A DNA stretch of 64,000 bases from Candidatus Cloacimonadales bacterium (GCA_963667035.1 OY762964.1:2464001-2528000); one strand, 5' to 3'. Numbered from the stretch's first letter, positions 7,687-17,959 are shown. Numbers and translations: made by a program. Notes: generated from the sequence alone by a model not told the origin.

Positions 7687-8705
7687 GTTCTGTAGCATCA
7701 ATAATTCTGGCAGCAGGTAAAGGTACAAGAATGAAATCCAATAGACCCAAGGTTGTATTTGAGCTTGCGGATAAGTCACTAGTACAAAGAGTCGTAGAAA
7801 CAGCAGTAAAAGCTGAATGTGACTTGATTAATGTTGTTGTAGGATATCAAAAAGAGACTGTGATTGGTGCAATAGAGACTGACTGTGAGTTACTATTCTC
7901 AGAGCAAGTAGAGCAGAATGGAACAGGTCATGCCGTTATGGTTGCAAGAGACTCTATGCCTGACTTCGATGGTGAAATATTTATTCTGTGTGGTGATGTT
8001 CCACTATTAAGAGCGGAGACATTAAAGAAAATGATTGAAGAACACAGAGAGAATAAAGCTTCATGTACTGTACTAACAGCATTCATGGATGATCCTGCAA
8101 TGTACGGTAGAATAGTTAGAAATGAAGACTGTAATGTTGATCGTATCGTAGAGTTTAAGGATGCTAATGATTCTCAAAGAGCCATAAAAGAGATAAATAC
8201 CGGCATATATTGCTTTAACTCTAAAGATTTATTTAGTGCTCTTGATAAACTGGACAATAACAATGCCCAAGGAGAATACTACTTAACCGATACATTGAGT
8301 ATCTTGAATAAGGAAGGGAAAATTGTTAGTTCAGCAGTCCTTGAAAACTTTGTTGAAGCTGCCGGGGTTAACTCACAAGTACAATTAGCAGAGCTTGAAA
8401 CAGCTTATTACGATGAAATTAAAAATAACTTTATGAACAACGGAGTAATTATTGAGAATCCTAAATCAGTGATTATAGGTGACCAAGTTGAGATTGATAG
8501 AGATGTTACCATTCAGGCAAACTCCATAATTAAAGGCAAAACCAGAATTGAAGAAGGTGCTTTTATAGGACCTAACTGCTATATTATTGATTCAAAGATT
8601 TCTGAAAATGCAATACTTGAAGGCTACAATATAGTTAAAGACTCCACAATTAATGAGGAAGAAATACATCCCTTCCGTTCCACCTCCATTGAGGAATACG
8701 AATAG
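7683..8705 (+). CDS. glmU: UDP-GlcNAc pyrophosphorylase, C-terminally short GlmU (340 aa)
   Basis: IILAAGKGTRMKS..PKV, GTGHA, GDVPL, YGRIVR, EINTGIY, EYYLTD, then only a short hexapeptide stretch. Probable start is ATG 7683, overlapping the folK stop. Confidence 0.85.
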   Translation: MSSVASIILAAGKGTRMKSNRPKVVFELADKSLVQRVVETAVKAECDLINVVVGYQKETVIGAIETDCELLFSEQVEQNGTGHAVMVARDSMPDFDGEIFILCGDVPLLRAETLKKMIEEHRENKASCTVLTAFMDDPAMYGRIVRNEDCNVDRIVEFKDANDSQRAIKEINTGIYCFNSKDLFSALDKLDNNNAQGEYYLTDTLSILNKEGKIVSSAVLENFVEAAGVNSQVQLAELETAYYDEIKNNFMNNGVIIENPKSVIIGDQVEIDRDVTIQANSIIKGKTRIEEGAFIGPNCYIIDSKISENAILEGYNIVKDSTINEEEIHPFRSTSIEEYE

Positions 8706-9203
8706 ATGAAGGAACAGAAATATTTATACTCACCTTGGAGATTAGACTATATACTTTCGGAAAAAGAAAAAGGATGTATTTTTTGCCTTAAGCCAAAGGT
8801 AAATGAAGATGATAAACACTTCATAGTTTATCGTTCAAAACACTGCTTTGTTATTTTAAACATTTATCCATACAATAACGGACACATAATGGTTGTCCCT
8901 AATCGTCATGCAAGCCACTTATTCGATTTGCATGATGAAGAGAGAAACGACTTATTCAAGATAGTTCAAGAATCTGAAAGGATACTAACAGAACATTATA
9001 ATCCACAGGGAATTAACATAGGAATGAATCTTGGGAAGGCCGCCGGAGCGGGGATTGATGAACATATACACGTGCATCTTGTACCTCGTTGGGATGGAGA
9101 TAATAATTTCATGTCAACTATTGGCGGTTATCGTGTTATCCCAGAGTCATTTGAACGCACCTACACTCAACTTAAAGAACAGTTTGACAGATTGAAGGGG
9201 TAA
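8706..9203 (+). CDS. HIT-family hydrolase (Ap4A phosphorylase/FHIT-like)
   Basis: PWR..YI, CIFC, NIYPYNNGH, GKAAGAGI..HIHVHLVPRW histidine triad. Confidence 0.9.
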   Translation: MKEQKYLYSPWRLDYILSEKEKGCIFCLKPKVNEDDKHFIVYRSKHCFVILNIYPYNNGHIMVVPNRHASHLFDLHDEERNDLFKIVQESERILTEHYNPQGINIGMNLGKAAGAGIDEHIHVHLVPRWDGDNNFMSTIGGYRVIPESFERTYTQLKEQFDRLKG

Positions 9204-9209
9204 AATAAT

Positions 9210-9656
9210 TTGTCGTTTGTGAAAAATAAATGGTTCATTATTACGGTAGTATTAGTAGTACTTATTACATTAGTTACTGTGTTGTTGATGCACAGTAAAG
9301 AAGAAGTAGTAGTTTCCGAAGAGGATGAATCAGTGATGTTGCCTCCCGTTCAAATTAAGATATTGAATGGTTGCGGGATACCGGGGGCGGCGAACTTGTT
9401 TGCAGATGCCCTATATTATGAAAACATAGTTGTGACTAGTACAGGGAATGCGAATAGCTTTAACTACAATAAAAGTATAATAATTGCTAAGAAAGATATA
9501 CCAGATGATCTTAAGAGATTGAGAGAAATGACTCTTATTGATGATTATACTCTTGCATTAACAGATAGAACAACTGCTCCATTCTTTGTAATTGTAGGGA
9601 AAGACTATGAGCAGGTGATAAAACGGATCAGAAGTAAGGAGAAATCTAAGAAATGA
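9210..9656 (+). CDS. LytR C-terminal domain membrane protein
   Basis: N-terminal TM helix, ILNGCGIPGAA, TGNA, VIVGKDY. Confidence 0.8.
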   Translation: MSFVKNKWFIITVVLVVLITLVTVLLMHSKEEVVVSEEDESVMLPPVQIKILNGCGIPGAANLFADALYYENIVVTSTGNANSFNYNKSIIIAKKDIPDDLKRLREMTLIDDYTLALTDRTTAPFFVIVGKDYEQVIKRIRSKEKSKK

Positions 9657-10009
9657 CCGAAGTACAAAATGCGATTATCGAAAGCGTGATTGGCTGGATG
9701 GTAGAGAAGAAAGCAGAAGATGTAAAATTTTTTGATGTCCGTGACAAAACAGATTACACAGATAATATTATAGTTGCAACTGGCTCAAATGAATTACATA
9801 TAAAAGCTATTGCTACTAATGTGCTGGACAAAGCCAAAGAATCAGGTTTGCGAATTTTGGGAAAAGAGGGCATGAATAATGCAAATTGGGTATTACTTGA
9901 TTTTGGAGACATTATAGTACACATAACAGTAGCTGAATCACGCGAGAACTATAAATTAGATAATTTGTTTCAAGAAATACAGCAAAAAAGAATAGAGACT
10001 GAAGAATGA
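9653..10009 (+). CDS. rsfS: Ribosome silencing factor
   Basis: EKKAEDV..FDV, IVATGS..HIKAIA, EG...WVLLDFGDIIVH, RENYKLD. Confidence 0.92.
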   Translation: MTEVQNAIIESVIGWMVEKKAEDVKFFDVRDKTDYTDNIIVATGSNELHIKAIATNVLDKAKESGLRILGKEGMNNANWVLLDFGDIIVHITVAESRENYKLDNLFQEIQQKRIETEE

Positions 10010-11781
10010 TAAAAGAATTAATTTTAGAAGACTTAAAGAAAATCGTCAATACTCTCAAATTAGAGAATAATGATCGTTATACAGTTGAAGAACCCAATAG
10101 CAAAGAGCATGGAGATTTCTCCACTAATATTGCTATGGTTCTTGCTAAATTAAACAAGACTTATCCACGTGATCTAGCCGGTAAAATTGTTGAGAAACTA
10201 AAAAAAAATAAGCATTACTCAAATGTTGAGATTGCAGGACCCGGATTTATCAATATAATAATATCACATGCTCTATATCAAGACATTCTACTTGAGATAT
10301 TTGAAGCAGGGGAAGATTTCGGTACTTCTACTTATGGAAACGGTCAAATGGTATTACTTGAGTTTGTGAGTGCAAACCCAACCGGGCCTCTCAATATTGT
10401 TAATGCTCGTGCCGCTTCCTATGGAGATGCTCTATGCAAAATTATGAGAAGAGTTGGATATACTGCAGAGCGTGAATTCTATATTAATGATGCAGGTAAC
10501 CAAGTTGATATATTAGCAGAGTCTGTAGAACTCAGGCTTAGAGAGCTTCGAGGAGAAGACATTGGTGAATTCCCTTTTGAAGCTTATCACGGTGATTATG
10601 TTATTGAACTTGCAAAAGAAATTAACAGTCTTGAAGGTAACAGAATTCTGCTTATGCCTGAAAAAGACAGACTTGATAAATTGAAAGAGTTCTCACTTCA
10701 ATATATTCATAATCTGCAGAAAAGCAGTCTTGCTAAATTTGATGTTGAATTTGATAATTGGGTTTCAGAGAAAAACTTAAGAAAACAGGGTATGGTTGAA
10801 GAAGTTCTCAGTTACCTTGCAGAAGCTCATTGCACATACGAGAAAGACGATGCTATTTGGTTTAAATCATCTGAGTTTGGTGATGATAAAGACAGAGTTC
10901 TGTTAAAAGCAGACGGAACACCAACCTATATTGTTCCGGATATTGCATACCATTTAACCAAGTATCAACGCGGGTTTGATGTAATGATAGATGTTCTCGG
11001 TCCTGACCACCACGGTTACATTCCAAGAATAACTGCTGCTATTGAAGCCCTTAAGTATGACCAGACAAAGCTTCAGTTTATTATACTTCAACAGGTAAAC
11101 CTGTTCGAACAAGGTGAAAAAGTGAAAATGTCCAAGAGACTTGGAAAACTGGTCACAATGGATGATTTATATAGAGCTGTTGGTAAAGATGTTTCACGTT
11201 TCTTTTTCTTACAACGCTCCACGAACTCACACTTGAACTTTGACCTTGAGCTGGCTACTAAGGATAGTAATGAAAATCCTGTATATTACTGTCAATATGC
11301 TCATGCAAGGATTCATAGCATCTTAAAAAATGCTAAGAAATTAGGTTGGAAGCCAAGAAAATCAGACTTGAAGAGTCTAGATTTACTTGTTGAACCGGAA
11401 GAAATGGATTTGATTAAGAAGATGTCGAGATTCCCTGAATTACTAATCTCTATTGCTGAGACCAGAGAAACTCACAGACTTCCTACTTATGTTATAGAAC
11501 TTGCAGGTTTATTCCATAAATATTATGGAAAACATAAAGTTGTTGATGAGCAAAATGAGATCATCACCAGAGCTAGGTTGCATCTGATAAAAATAGTTGG
11601 AAAAGTGTTAAAGATGGCTTTAGACCTTATGGGTGTTTCTGCTCCTGAAGAAATGAAGCAGAAAACTAAAACAACTCCTAAAAGCACTTCTACTAAAAAG
11701 AAAACAAGAACAACAAAATCAAGTTCTAAGAGTAAGACCGGAACATCAAAAAAGAGTACAACAACAAAATCAAAGAAATAG
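10006..11781 (+). CDS. argS: Arginine--tRNA ligase with a non-canonical HIGH motif and a basic C-terminal tail
   Basis: HGDFSTN, AGPGFIN, EFVSANPTGPL, KMSKR, NPVYYCQYAHAR, GVSAPEEM, then a K/T/S-rich tail. Confidence 0.95.
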   Translation: MIKELILEDLKKIVNTLKLENNDRYTVEEPNSKEHGDFSTNIAMVLAKLNKTYPRDLAGKIVEKLKKNKHYSNVEIAGPGFINIIISHALYQDILLEIFEAGEDFGTSTYGNGQMVLLEFVSANPTGPLNIVNARAASYGDALCKIMRRVGYTAEREFYINDAGNQVDILAESVELRLRELRGEDIGEFPFEAYHGDYVIELAKEINSLEGNRILLMPEKDRLDKLKEFSLQYIHNLQKSSLAKFDVEFDNWVSEKNLRKQGMVEEVLSYLAEAHCTYEKDDAIWFKSSEFGDDKDRVLLKADGTPTYIVPDIAYHLTKYQRGFDVMIDVLGPDHHGYIPRITAAIEALKYDQTKLQFIILQQVNLFEQGEKVKMSKRLGKLVTMDDLYRAVGKDVSRFFFLQRSTNSHLNFDLELATKDSNENPVYYCQYAHARIHSILKNAKKLGWKPRKSDLKSLDLLVEPEEMDLIKKMSRFPELLISIAETRETHRLPTYVIELAGLFHKYYGKHKVVDEQNEIITRARLHLIKIVGKVLKMALDLMGVSAPEEMKQKTKTTPKSTSTKKKTRTTKSSSKSKTGTSKKSTTTKSKK

Positions 11782-11801
11782 ATTGGAAGATTTAGTTAAT
11801 G

Positions 11802-11839
11802 AAATCCTGTTGAAAATGAGTTTTTAACAGGATTTTTTT
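11802..11839 (+). terminator. Rho-independent terminator after argS
   Basis: AAATCCTGTT...AACAGGATTT stem followed by a T-run. Confidence 0.75.
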
Positions 11840-11877
11840 GTAACGTTTAATAGTTATAGAATTAATATGGGTGAAAT

Positions 11878-12369
11878 ATGAAGTTATTAGTTATGTCTGA
11901 CACGCATGGGAATAAAGAGTTTCTTTGCAATATATTGGATCGTGAGGATGGTATTGAAACTATACTGCATCTCGGAGATAATTATGAAGATATTTATTTA
12001 TGCGAGAGCGATCTTAAGAAGAAGAAAATCTACAGAGTCCCGGGGAATTATCATCCTGACTTGTTAAGTAAGAAAATTGAGCGTAGTCTTGACTTTGAGT
12101 TTAAAGGGATAGTATTTCGTTTAATTCATGATTTGCAGCAGTTAGATAATCATAAAGGATGTAATTATATTCTGTTCGGTCATACGCATGTTGCATTTTG
12201 TGAAGAAATGAAAGGAAGAGTGTACATCAATCCCGGACACTTAAAGAAAATAACCGATAGAGGACAAATAGCTTCATACGGATTATTTACAATAGATAAT
12301 AACATTGTTATATACGAAAATAAAAGATATGATGGCAAGCTGAATTACTCCAGATCATGGAAATATTAG
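11878..12369 (+). CDS. YfcE/MJ0936-family metallophosphoesterase
   Basis: MSDTHGN, HLGD, PGN, GHTH, INPG. Confidence 0.85.
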   Translation: MKLLVMSDTHGNKEFLCNILDREDGIETILHLGDNYEDIYLCESDLKKKKIYRVPGNYHPDLLSKKIERSLDFEFKGIVFRLIHDLQQLDNHKGCNYILFGHTHVAFCEEMKGRVYINPGHLKKITDRGQIASYGLFTIDNNIVIYENKRYDGKLNYSRSWKY

Positions 12370-12394
12370 CTGTTGACTCTTAAGGAGGAGATAA

Positions 12395-13384
12395 ATGAAG
12401 ACCATTGATGAAATACATCGACTAGTGTTAGAGAAAAGTGCTGTTTTGGATGAGCTAAGAAATGAAGTTCATAAAGCAATCATCGGACAGGAGTACATGA
12501 TAAAAAGAATACTTGTAGGACTTTTAGCTAATGGTCACATTCTATTAGAAGGTGTTCCCGGTCTTGCAAAAACATTAACAATTCATACTCTTGCCAATGC
12601 TATTGAAGCTAGTTTTAATCGAATTCAGTTTACTCCTGACTTGTTACCTGCTGACGTAACAGGTACATTAATCTATAATCAGAAAACAGCTGAATTCACA
12701 TCCAAGAAAGGGCCAATCTTTGCTAACTTTATCCTAGCGGATGAAATTAACCGTGCCCCATCCAAAGTTCAATCGGCACTGTTAGAAGCCATGCAGGAAA
12801 GACAAGTAACTATTGGTGACCAAACTTATCTTCTGCCAAAACCTTTCCTAGTAATGGCAACACAGAATCCGTTGGAACAAGAAGGAACGTATCCACTACC
12901 TGAAGCACAAGTTGATAGATTCATGCTAAAAGTCATTATTGACTATCCAAACAGAGAAGAAGAGAAGCAGATAATGAACCTTATGGTCTCAGATGAAGAA
13001 ATTAAAATTAATCCGATTATCACCCCTCAACAGATACTAGAGATGAGAGAAGTAATCAAAGAGATACATATGGAAGAGAAACTCAAAGATTACATCCTTG
13101 ATTTAGTTTTTGCAACTAGAGAACCAGGTAAATATAAAAACTTGAAAGAGTTTGAGAATATGATTGAATGCGGAGCATCACCTCGTGCTACAATAGCATT
13201 AGCTAGAGCTGCTAAGGCTCATGCCTTCTTAGAGCATAGAGGCTATGTTTTACCAGATGATATTAAAGCTATAGGCAAGGATGTTTTACGTCATCGTATT
13301 ATATTAACCTATGAAGCTGAAGCTGAACAAATTGATCAAGACTTCATAGTTAACAGAATCTTTGATGAAATAGAGATTGCATAA
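12395..13384 (+). CDS. moxR: MoxR-family AAA+ ATPase
   Basis: LEGVPGLAKT, RIQFTPDLLPAD, DEINRA, ATQNPLEQEGTYPLPEAQVDRF, GASPRA. Confidence 0.95.
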   Translation: MKTIDEIHRLVLEKSAVLDELRNEVHKAIIGQEYMIKRILVGLLANGHILLEGVPGLAKTLTIHTLANAIEASFNRIQFTPDLLPADVTGTLIYNQKTAEFTSKKGPIFANFILADEINRAPSKVQSALLEAMQERQVTIGDQTYLLPKPFLVMATQNPLEQEGTYPLPEAQVDRFMLKVIIDYPNREEEKQIMNLMVSDEEIKINPIITPQQILEMREVIKEIHMEEKLKDYILDLVFATREPGKYKNLKEFENMIECGASPRATIALARAAKAHAFLEHRGYVLPDDIKAIGKDVLRHRIILTYEAEAEQIDQDFIVNRIFDEIEIA

Positions 13385-13387
13385 ATT

Positions 13388-14272
13388 ATGGAAACAAGTG
13401 ATATCCTCAAAAGAATACGTAAGATTGAGATTACAACGAGAAATCTTGTTGATGAAGTATTTGCAGGGGAATACCATTCACTCTTTCGTGGTCAGGGACT
13501 AGAATTCTCTGAAGTACGAGAGTATTTACCCGGCGACAACATTAGAGATATAGACTGGAATGTTACTGCTAGAATGGGAATACCATACATTAAGAAATTT
13601 GAGGAAACTCGAGAGCTTAATGTGATTTTCATTGTTGATAGCAGTGCATCAACTGTTTTCGGGACCAAGAATTATCTAAAATCAGAATATATTGCAGAGA
13701 TCACTGCTGTTCTATCCTTTTCTGCTCTCTCTAATCAGGATAAAGTTGGATTACTACTATTCTCAGATAAAATTGAGAAATACATTCCACCTCGAAAAGG
13801 GAGAAAGATAGCTCTACAAATATTAAGAGATATTCTTTTCTTTCAACCTGAAGGTAAGAAAACAAATCTTAAGCAAGCTATTGATTATATTTCAAGAGTA
13901 AACAAGAAGAGAAGCATAATATTTGTTATTTCTGACTTTCTTGATGATAACTATTGGGACAGCCTAAAAATTCTTGCCAGTAAACATGATGTTCTTGCTT
14001 TACAGATAATAGATAGAGCAGAGACAGAACTTCCCGATGCCGGTATTATTCCTTTCATTGATCCGGAGACTAATGAGATGTTTACTGTAAACACTTCAAA
14101 TAAAAAGATTCGTGATAGATACAATCTCAGCAACAAGATGCTTATGAGTAAAATCCGTAAAGGATTCAAAGAGAATAGAGTTGAAGCCTTGGAATTACAT
14201 ACAGATCAACCTTATGTCCTTGAATTACAGAAATTCTTCAAGAAAAGAATTAAACAGAAGGCTAGGATATAG
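13388..14272 (+). CDS. DUF58 domain protein (VWA-like MoxR partner)
   Basis: GLEFSEVREYLPGDNIRDIDWNVTAR, EETRE, VDSSAS, ISDF. Confidence 0.92.
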   Translation: METSDILKRIRKIEITTRNLVDEVFAGEYHSLFRGQGLEFSEVREYLPGDNIRDIDWNVTARMGIPYIKKFEETRELNVIFIVDSSASTVFGTKNYLKSEYIAEITAVLSFSALSNQDKVGLLLFSDKIEKYIPPRKGRKIALQILRDILFFQPEGKKTNLKQAIDYISRVNKKRSIIFVISDFLDDNYWDSLKILASKHDVLALQIIDRAETELPDAGIIPFIDPETNEMFTVNTSNKKIRDRYNLSNKMLMSKIRKGFKENRVEALELHTDQPYVLELQKFFKKRIKQKARI

Positions 14273-14273
14273 A

Positions 14274-15194
14274 ATGAAAAAGTATAGTATGACATTAGCA
14301 ATAATCCTTTCAATACTATCCTGCTTCTCTGTTAACATGGATGAAAAAGTTGTTAAACCTGATACTTTGAATATTGGAACACCGATGAGTCTTGTTCTCT
14401 CTTTTTCAAGTTCGGTTGACAGTATCAGTTTAGTCTTACCGGATACATTATCGACTCTAGATTTTAATGTAACTGATGTAATAAGAGAGAAGGAAGGAGT
14501 TTCCGGAGCTTCTATATACTTTGCCCCTTTTGAAACAGGACAGGTTATTCTCCCTTCTTTTGAAGTTGAAACTTGGAAAGATGAGATTCCTGAATTACAC
14601 AACACTAGGCAATACACTTTTTTAGTGCAATCAGTCCTCCCGGATAGTGGTGCTGTTTTGAGAGAAATCTCCGGACCTGAGAAAGTTTATCTAAACTTTT
14701 GGGACTACTTACTCATAGTTGCAGTAATTGCTACATTAATTCTGATAATTTGGTTAATTACAAAGATACCAAAGAAAGAGCTACAAAAAGAAATAAAAAA
14801 GAAACCTGAGATTGTCATCCCTGCTTGGGAAATAGCATTACAGTCGTTAAAGAGATTGAAAGAAACAAATCTTCCTTCTAATGGAAAGTTCCTGGACTTC
14901 TATTTTGAGCTATCATTAATATTAAGACGATTACTTGAAGGTCATTATATGTTTAATGCAGCAGAAATGACAACTTACGAAATTAATGAAGTACTATCTG
15001 AACTAAAGGTTGAGGATAGAATTGAAATCAAGAGTTTTCTTCAGAAATGTGATATGATTAAATATGCTAAACAGCTTCCTTCTATAGAAGAAGCAGAAAA
15101 AGACTATAATTGGGTACTTACTTATACGGCAGCAGTCAGAGATAGAGAGATGGCTAGAATTAAAGATTTAGAAAAGGAGAAACAAAATGTTTGA
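14274..15194 (+). CDS. Bat-operon-associated membrane protein
   Basis: Signal peptide (probable start ATG 14274), one TM helix, PAWEIAL, ILRRLLE...AAEMTT, DMIKYAK; lies between DUF58 and batA. Confidence 0.7.
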   Translation: MKKYSMTLAIILSILSCFSVNMDEKVVKPDTLNIGTPMSLVLSFSSSVDSISLVLPDTLSTLDFNVTDVIREKEGVSGASIYFAPFETGQVILPSFEVETWKDEIPELHNTRQYTFLVQSVLPDSGAVLREISGPEKVYLNFWDYLLIVAVIATLILIIWLITKIPKKELQKEIKKKPEIVIPAWEIALQSLKRLKETNLPSNGKFLDFYFELSLILRRLLEGHYMFNAAEMTTYEINEVLSELKVEDRIEIKSFLQKCDMIKYAKQLPSIEEAEKDYNWVLTYTAAVRDREMARIKDLEKEKQNV

Positions 15195-16167
15195 GTTTCT
15201 AAATCCATATTGGTTCTTAGCATTGTTAATTATTCCTGCATATATTATATGGGAAATTGTCTACGTTAGAAAACAAAAATCACGGATACCCTTTAGCAAA
15301 TTATCATTACTAAAAAAGGCCTCCGGTTATCAATCATTTATGCAATATGTTCCCTTACTATTAAGAGTACTTACTATTCTATTCTTAGTTATTGCTCTTA
15401 CTAGACCAAGGCTTGGTAAACAGAATGTTGAAATTGAAGGGCAAGGAATCGACATTGTTCTGGCAATTGATGTATCCGGTTCTATGATGGCTGTTGATTT
15501 TAAGCCTAAGAACAGGCTTGAAGCTGCAAAAACAGTGGCGGATGAGTTTATCGATGAACGTAAAAATGATAGAATTGGATTAGTAGTATTCTCAGAGTAT
15601 GCAGTAACACAATGTCCTTTAACTCTTGACTACAACATACTTAAGAATCTTCTTAAAGATATAGAAATCAATCAGGAGAGTAGTACAACTGCTATTGGGA
15701 TGGGACTTGCAACAGCAGTAAATCGACTGCATAAATCAAAAGCAAAATCAAAAGTTGTTATTTTAATAACAGACGGTAAAAACAATGCAGGTAAGATAGA
15801 TCCTTATGGAGCAGCTGAATTAGCCAAAACCTATGGGATAAGAGTATACCCTATAGCTGTAGGTTCTAACGGATTAGTTGATTTTCCAAATAACAGAGGT
15901 GGTTATTCTAAGGTTAAAATAGAAATGGATTTGCCAACTTTAAACCAAATCGCCAAAATAACCGGAACTCAGAAAGCAGCTTTAGCTCGCAATACTGAAC
16001 AGTTAAAAAGTGTTATTCAGGAAATTGACAGACTAGAGAAATCCAAGTTTAAAATGAATAAATATACTACTTGGAAAGAATTGTTTCCCATTTGGTTAGC
16101 ATTAGCACTATTGAGTTTAATAACTGAGCTGTTATATAGATTTGTAATAAGAAAGGAGTGGATATAA
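15187..16167 (+). CDS. batA: BatA-like VWA membrane protein
   Basis: FLNP N-terminal motif, ALTRP, MIDAS DVSGSM, DRIGLVVF, PLTLD, TAIG, LITDG. Confidence 0.88.
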   Translation: MFEFLNPYWFLALLIIPAYIIWEIVYVRKQKSRIPFSKLSLLKKASGYQSFMQYVPLLLRVLTILFLVIALTRPRLGKQNVEIEGQGIDIVLAIDVSGSMMAVDFKPKNRLEAAKTVADEFIDERKNDRIGLVVFSEYAVTQCPLTLDYNILKNLLKDIEINQESSTTAIGMGLATAVNRLHKSKAKSKVVILITDGKNNAGKIDPYGAAELAKTYGIRVYPIAVGSNGLVDFPNNRGGYSKVKIEMDLPTLNQIAKITGTQKAALARNTEQLKSVIQEIDRLEKSKFKMNKYTTWKELFPIWLALALLSLITELLYRFVIRKEWI

Positions 16168-17183
16168 TGCACTGGGGAAATGCCACAGGATTAATTCTAC
16201 TACTTCTGATTCCAATTGCATTTATCTTGATTGGAGTTGAACGTAAAAGACAGAGAAAATTGTTTAAAAGATTTGCTCAAGAAAGATTTTATGAATTCTT
16301 TCTTAATGGATTTAACCGATTTAACTGGTGGCTTAGAAGCTTTTTATTAATTATCGCCTTGTTCTTTTTAATTATAGCTTTTTCTCGTCCTCAGTGGGAC
16401 AAAGAGATACAAGATATCAGCAGAAAAGGTATAGATATAGCAGTCTGTATTGATGTTTCGAAATCAATGGATGCAACAGATATATCTCCCAGTAGAATTG
16501 ATAGAGCTAAAGATCAGATTTCATTGTTTATTGAACAATTGGAAGGGGATAGGGTTGCAATTATACCTTTTGCCGGAGTTGCACATGTTCAATGTCCTTT
16601 AACAGACGATTATAGTGCAGCCCAGATGTTTCTTAATACTTTAGACACTGACTTTATTCCCGTTTATGGAACAAACGTAGGTGCAGCATTACAGAAAGCT
16701 AAAGAAATTTTTCCTGATAATTCAAAACATAAACTTGTAATCTTAGTTAGCGATGGAGAAGATCTTGAAGAGAAAGGTTTAAAAATAGCAGATCAAATGA
16801 GTAAAGAAGGAATCACCATTTATTCATTAGGTATTGGTTCTCCGGAAGGAAGCCCAATTCCTATTGCTAATGAAAATGGAGAAGTTGAATACATAAAAGA
16901 TAGTAACGAAGATATTGTAATGTCAAAGCTTGATGTAGAATCCTTAGGTAAGATAGCTGGATCTACAGGAGGCCGTTTCTATATTATAACTCCCAAGCAG
17001 ACAGAAATATTTGAGATTCTTAGAACAATACAAGGACTCGAGAAAAATAAATATAGCTCGAAAATGTTTAATAGATATAAAGATCAGTATCTTTGGTTTG
17101 CAATATTTGTGTTAATACTTATAAGTATTGAACCGTTAATAAATGTACGTAAAACATACAAACATGAAAGGTTTATTTCTTGA
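16167..17183 (+). CDS. batB: BatB-like VWA membrane protein
   Basis: RPQW, DVSKSMDATDISPSR, DRVAIIPFAG, PLTDD, SDGED; probable start ATG 16167. Confidence 0.85.
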   Translation: MHWGNATGLILLLLIPIAFILIGVERKRQRKLFKRFAQERFYEFFLNGFNRFNWWLRSFLLIIALFFLIIAFSRPQWDKEIQDISRKGIDIAVCIDVSKSMDATDISPSRIDRAKDQISLFIEQLEGDRVAIIPFAGVAHVQCPLTDDYSAAQMFLNTLDTDFIPVYGTNVGAALQKAKEIFPDNSKHKLVILVSDGEDLEEKGLKIADQMSKEGITIYSLGIGSPEGSPIPIANENGEVEYIKDSNEDIVMSKLDVESLGKIAGSTGGRFYIITPKQTEIFEILRTIQGLEKNKYSSKMFNRYKDQYLWFAIFVLILISIEPLINVRKTYKHERFIS

Positions 17184-17190
17184 GGTTAAA

Positions 17191-17886
17191 ATGAAGAAAG
17201 CACTTTTAGTTATAGTAATTGTCTCATCGGTATTATTGCTTAATGCAAGCATATTCAATATCGGCAAGTGGTTTAGAAATAATAAAGGGATTAAGAACTA
17301 TCATAAAGGTGATTTTGTTAAAGCTGAGAAGAACTTTAATGAGAATGCTGTTAAAGACCCAACAGACCCAAGACTTCAGTACAATCTTGGTAATGCATAT
17401 TACAAAAATAAAAAAGTTGATGAAGCTTTATCTGCTTATCAAACAGCTTTAAAAAATTCAAAATGTGAAAATAAAGACGAAGTGCTTATGAATGTTGGTA
17501 ATGTCTTCTATAATAATAAAGATTATGAAAAGGCCTTAGAATCCTATAAGCACGCCTTATGGGAAAATCCTGATAATGAGGACGTAAAAGTTAATTATGA
17601 ATTAGCCAAGGAAATGCTAAAACAACAACAGCAACAACAACAGCAAAAGCAAGATCAGAACCAAGAAAAGAATAAAAAAGATAACAAAGAAGAGAATAAG
17701 CAACAAAAACAAGATAAGCAAGAAGATAAAAAAGAGAAAGAAGAGCAACAAATGTCTCAAGAGGAAAAAGAGAAGCAGAAAGAGGCAGAAGCTCAACTTA
17801 AAGCTCTACAAGAACAAGAACAAAACGATCAGAAAGAAAAGAAAAAAGCCATTCAGAATGGCAGAGCAAGAGGTCGTTGGTGGTAA
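17191..17886 (+). CDS. batC: BatC-like TPR protein with a Q/K/E-rich tail
   Basis: YNLGNAYY and NVGNVFY TPRs, KVNYELAK, poly-Q tract, terminal WW; probable start ATG 17191. Confidence 0.8.
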   Translation: MKKALLVIVIVSSVLLLNASIFNIGKWFRNNKGIKNYHKGDFVKAEKNFNENAVKDPTDPRLQYNLGNAYYKNKKVDEALSAYQTALKNSKCENKDEVLMNVGNVFYNNKDYEKALESYKHALWENPDNEDVKVNYELAKEMLKQQQQQQQQKQDQNQEKNKKDNKEENKQQKQDKQEDKKEKEEQQMSQEEKEKQKEAEAQLKALQEQEQNDQKEKKKAIQNGRARGRWW

Positions 17887-17959
17887 AACTTGTAAAAAAT
17901 ACTTGTCGTGAAAGATTATTTCTAAAGATTTCCAAACATTAATATTAAAGAGAAGTCAT

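Noticed and set aside
17620..17830. CAA/CAG-rich tract as a contingency microsatellite
   Set aside because: It encodes the Q/K/E-rich linker typical of BatC-like proteins, with mixed codons and an intact frame.
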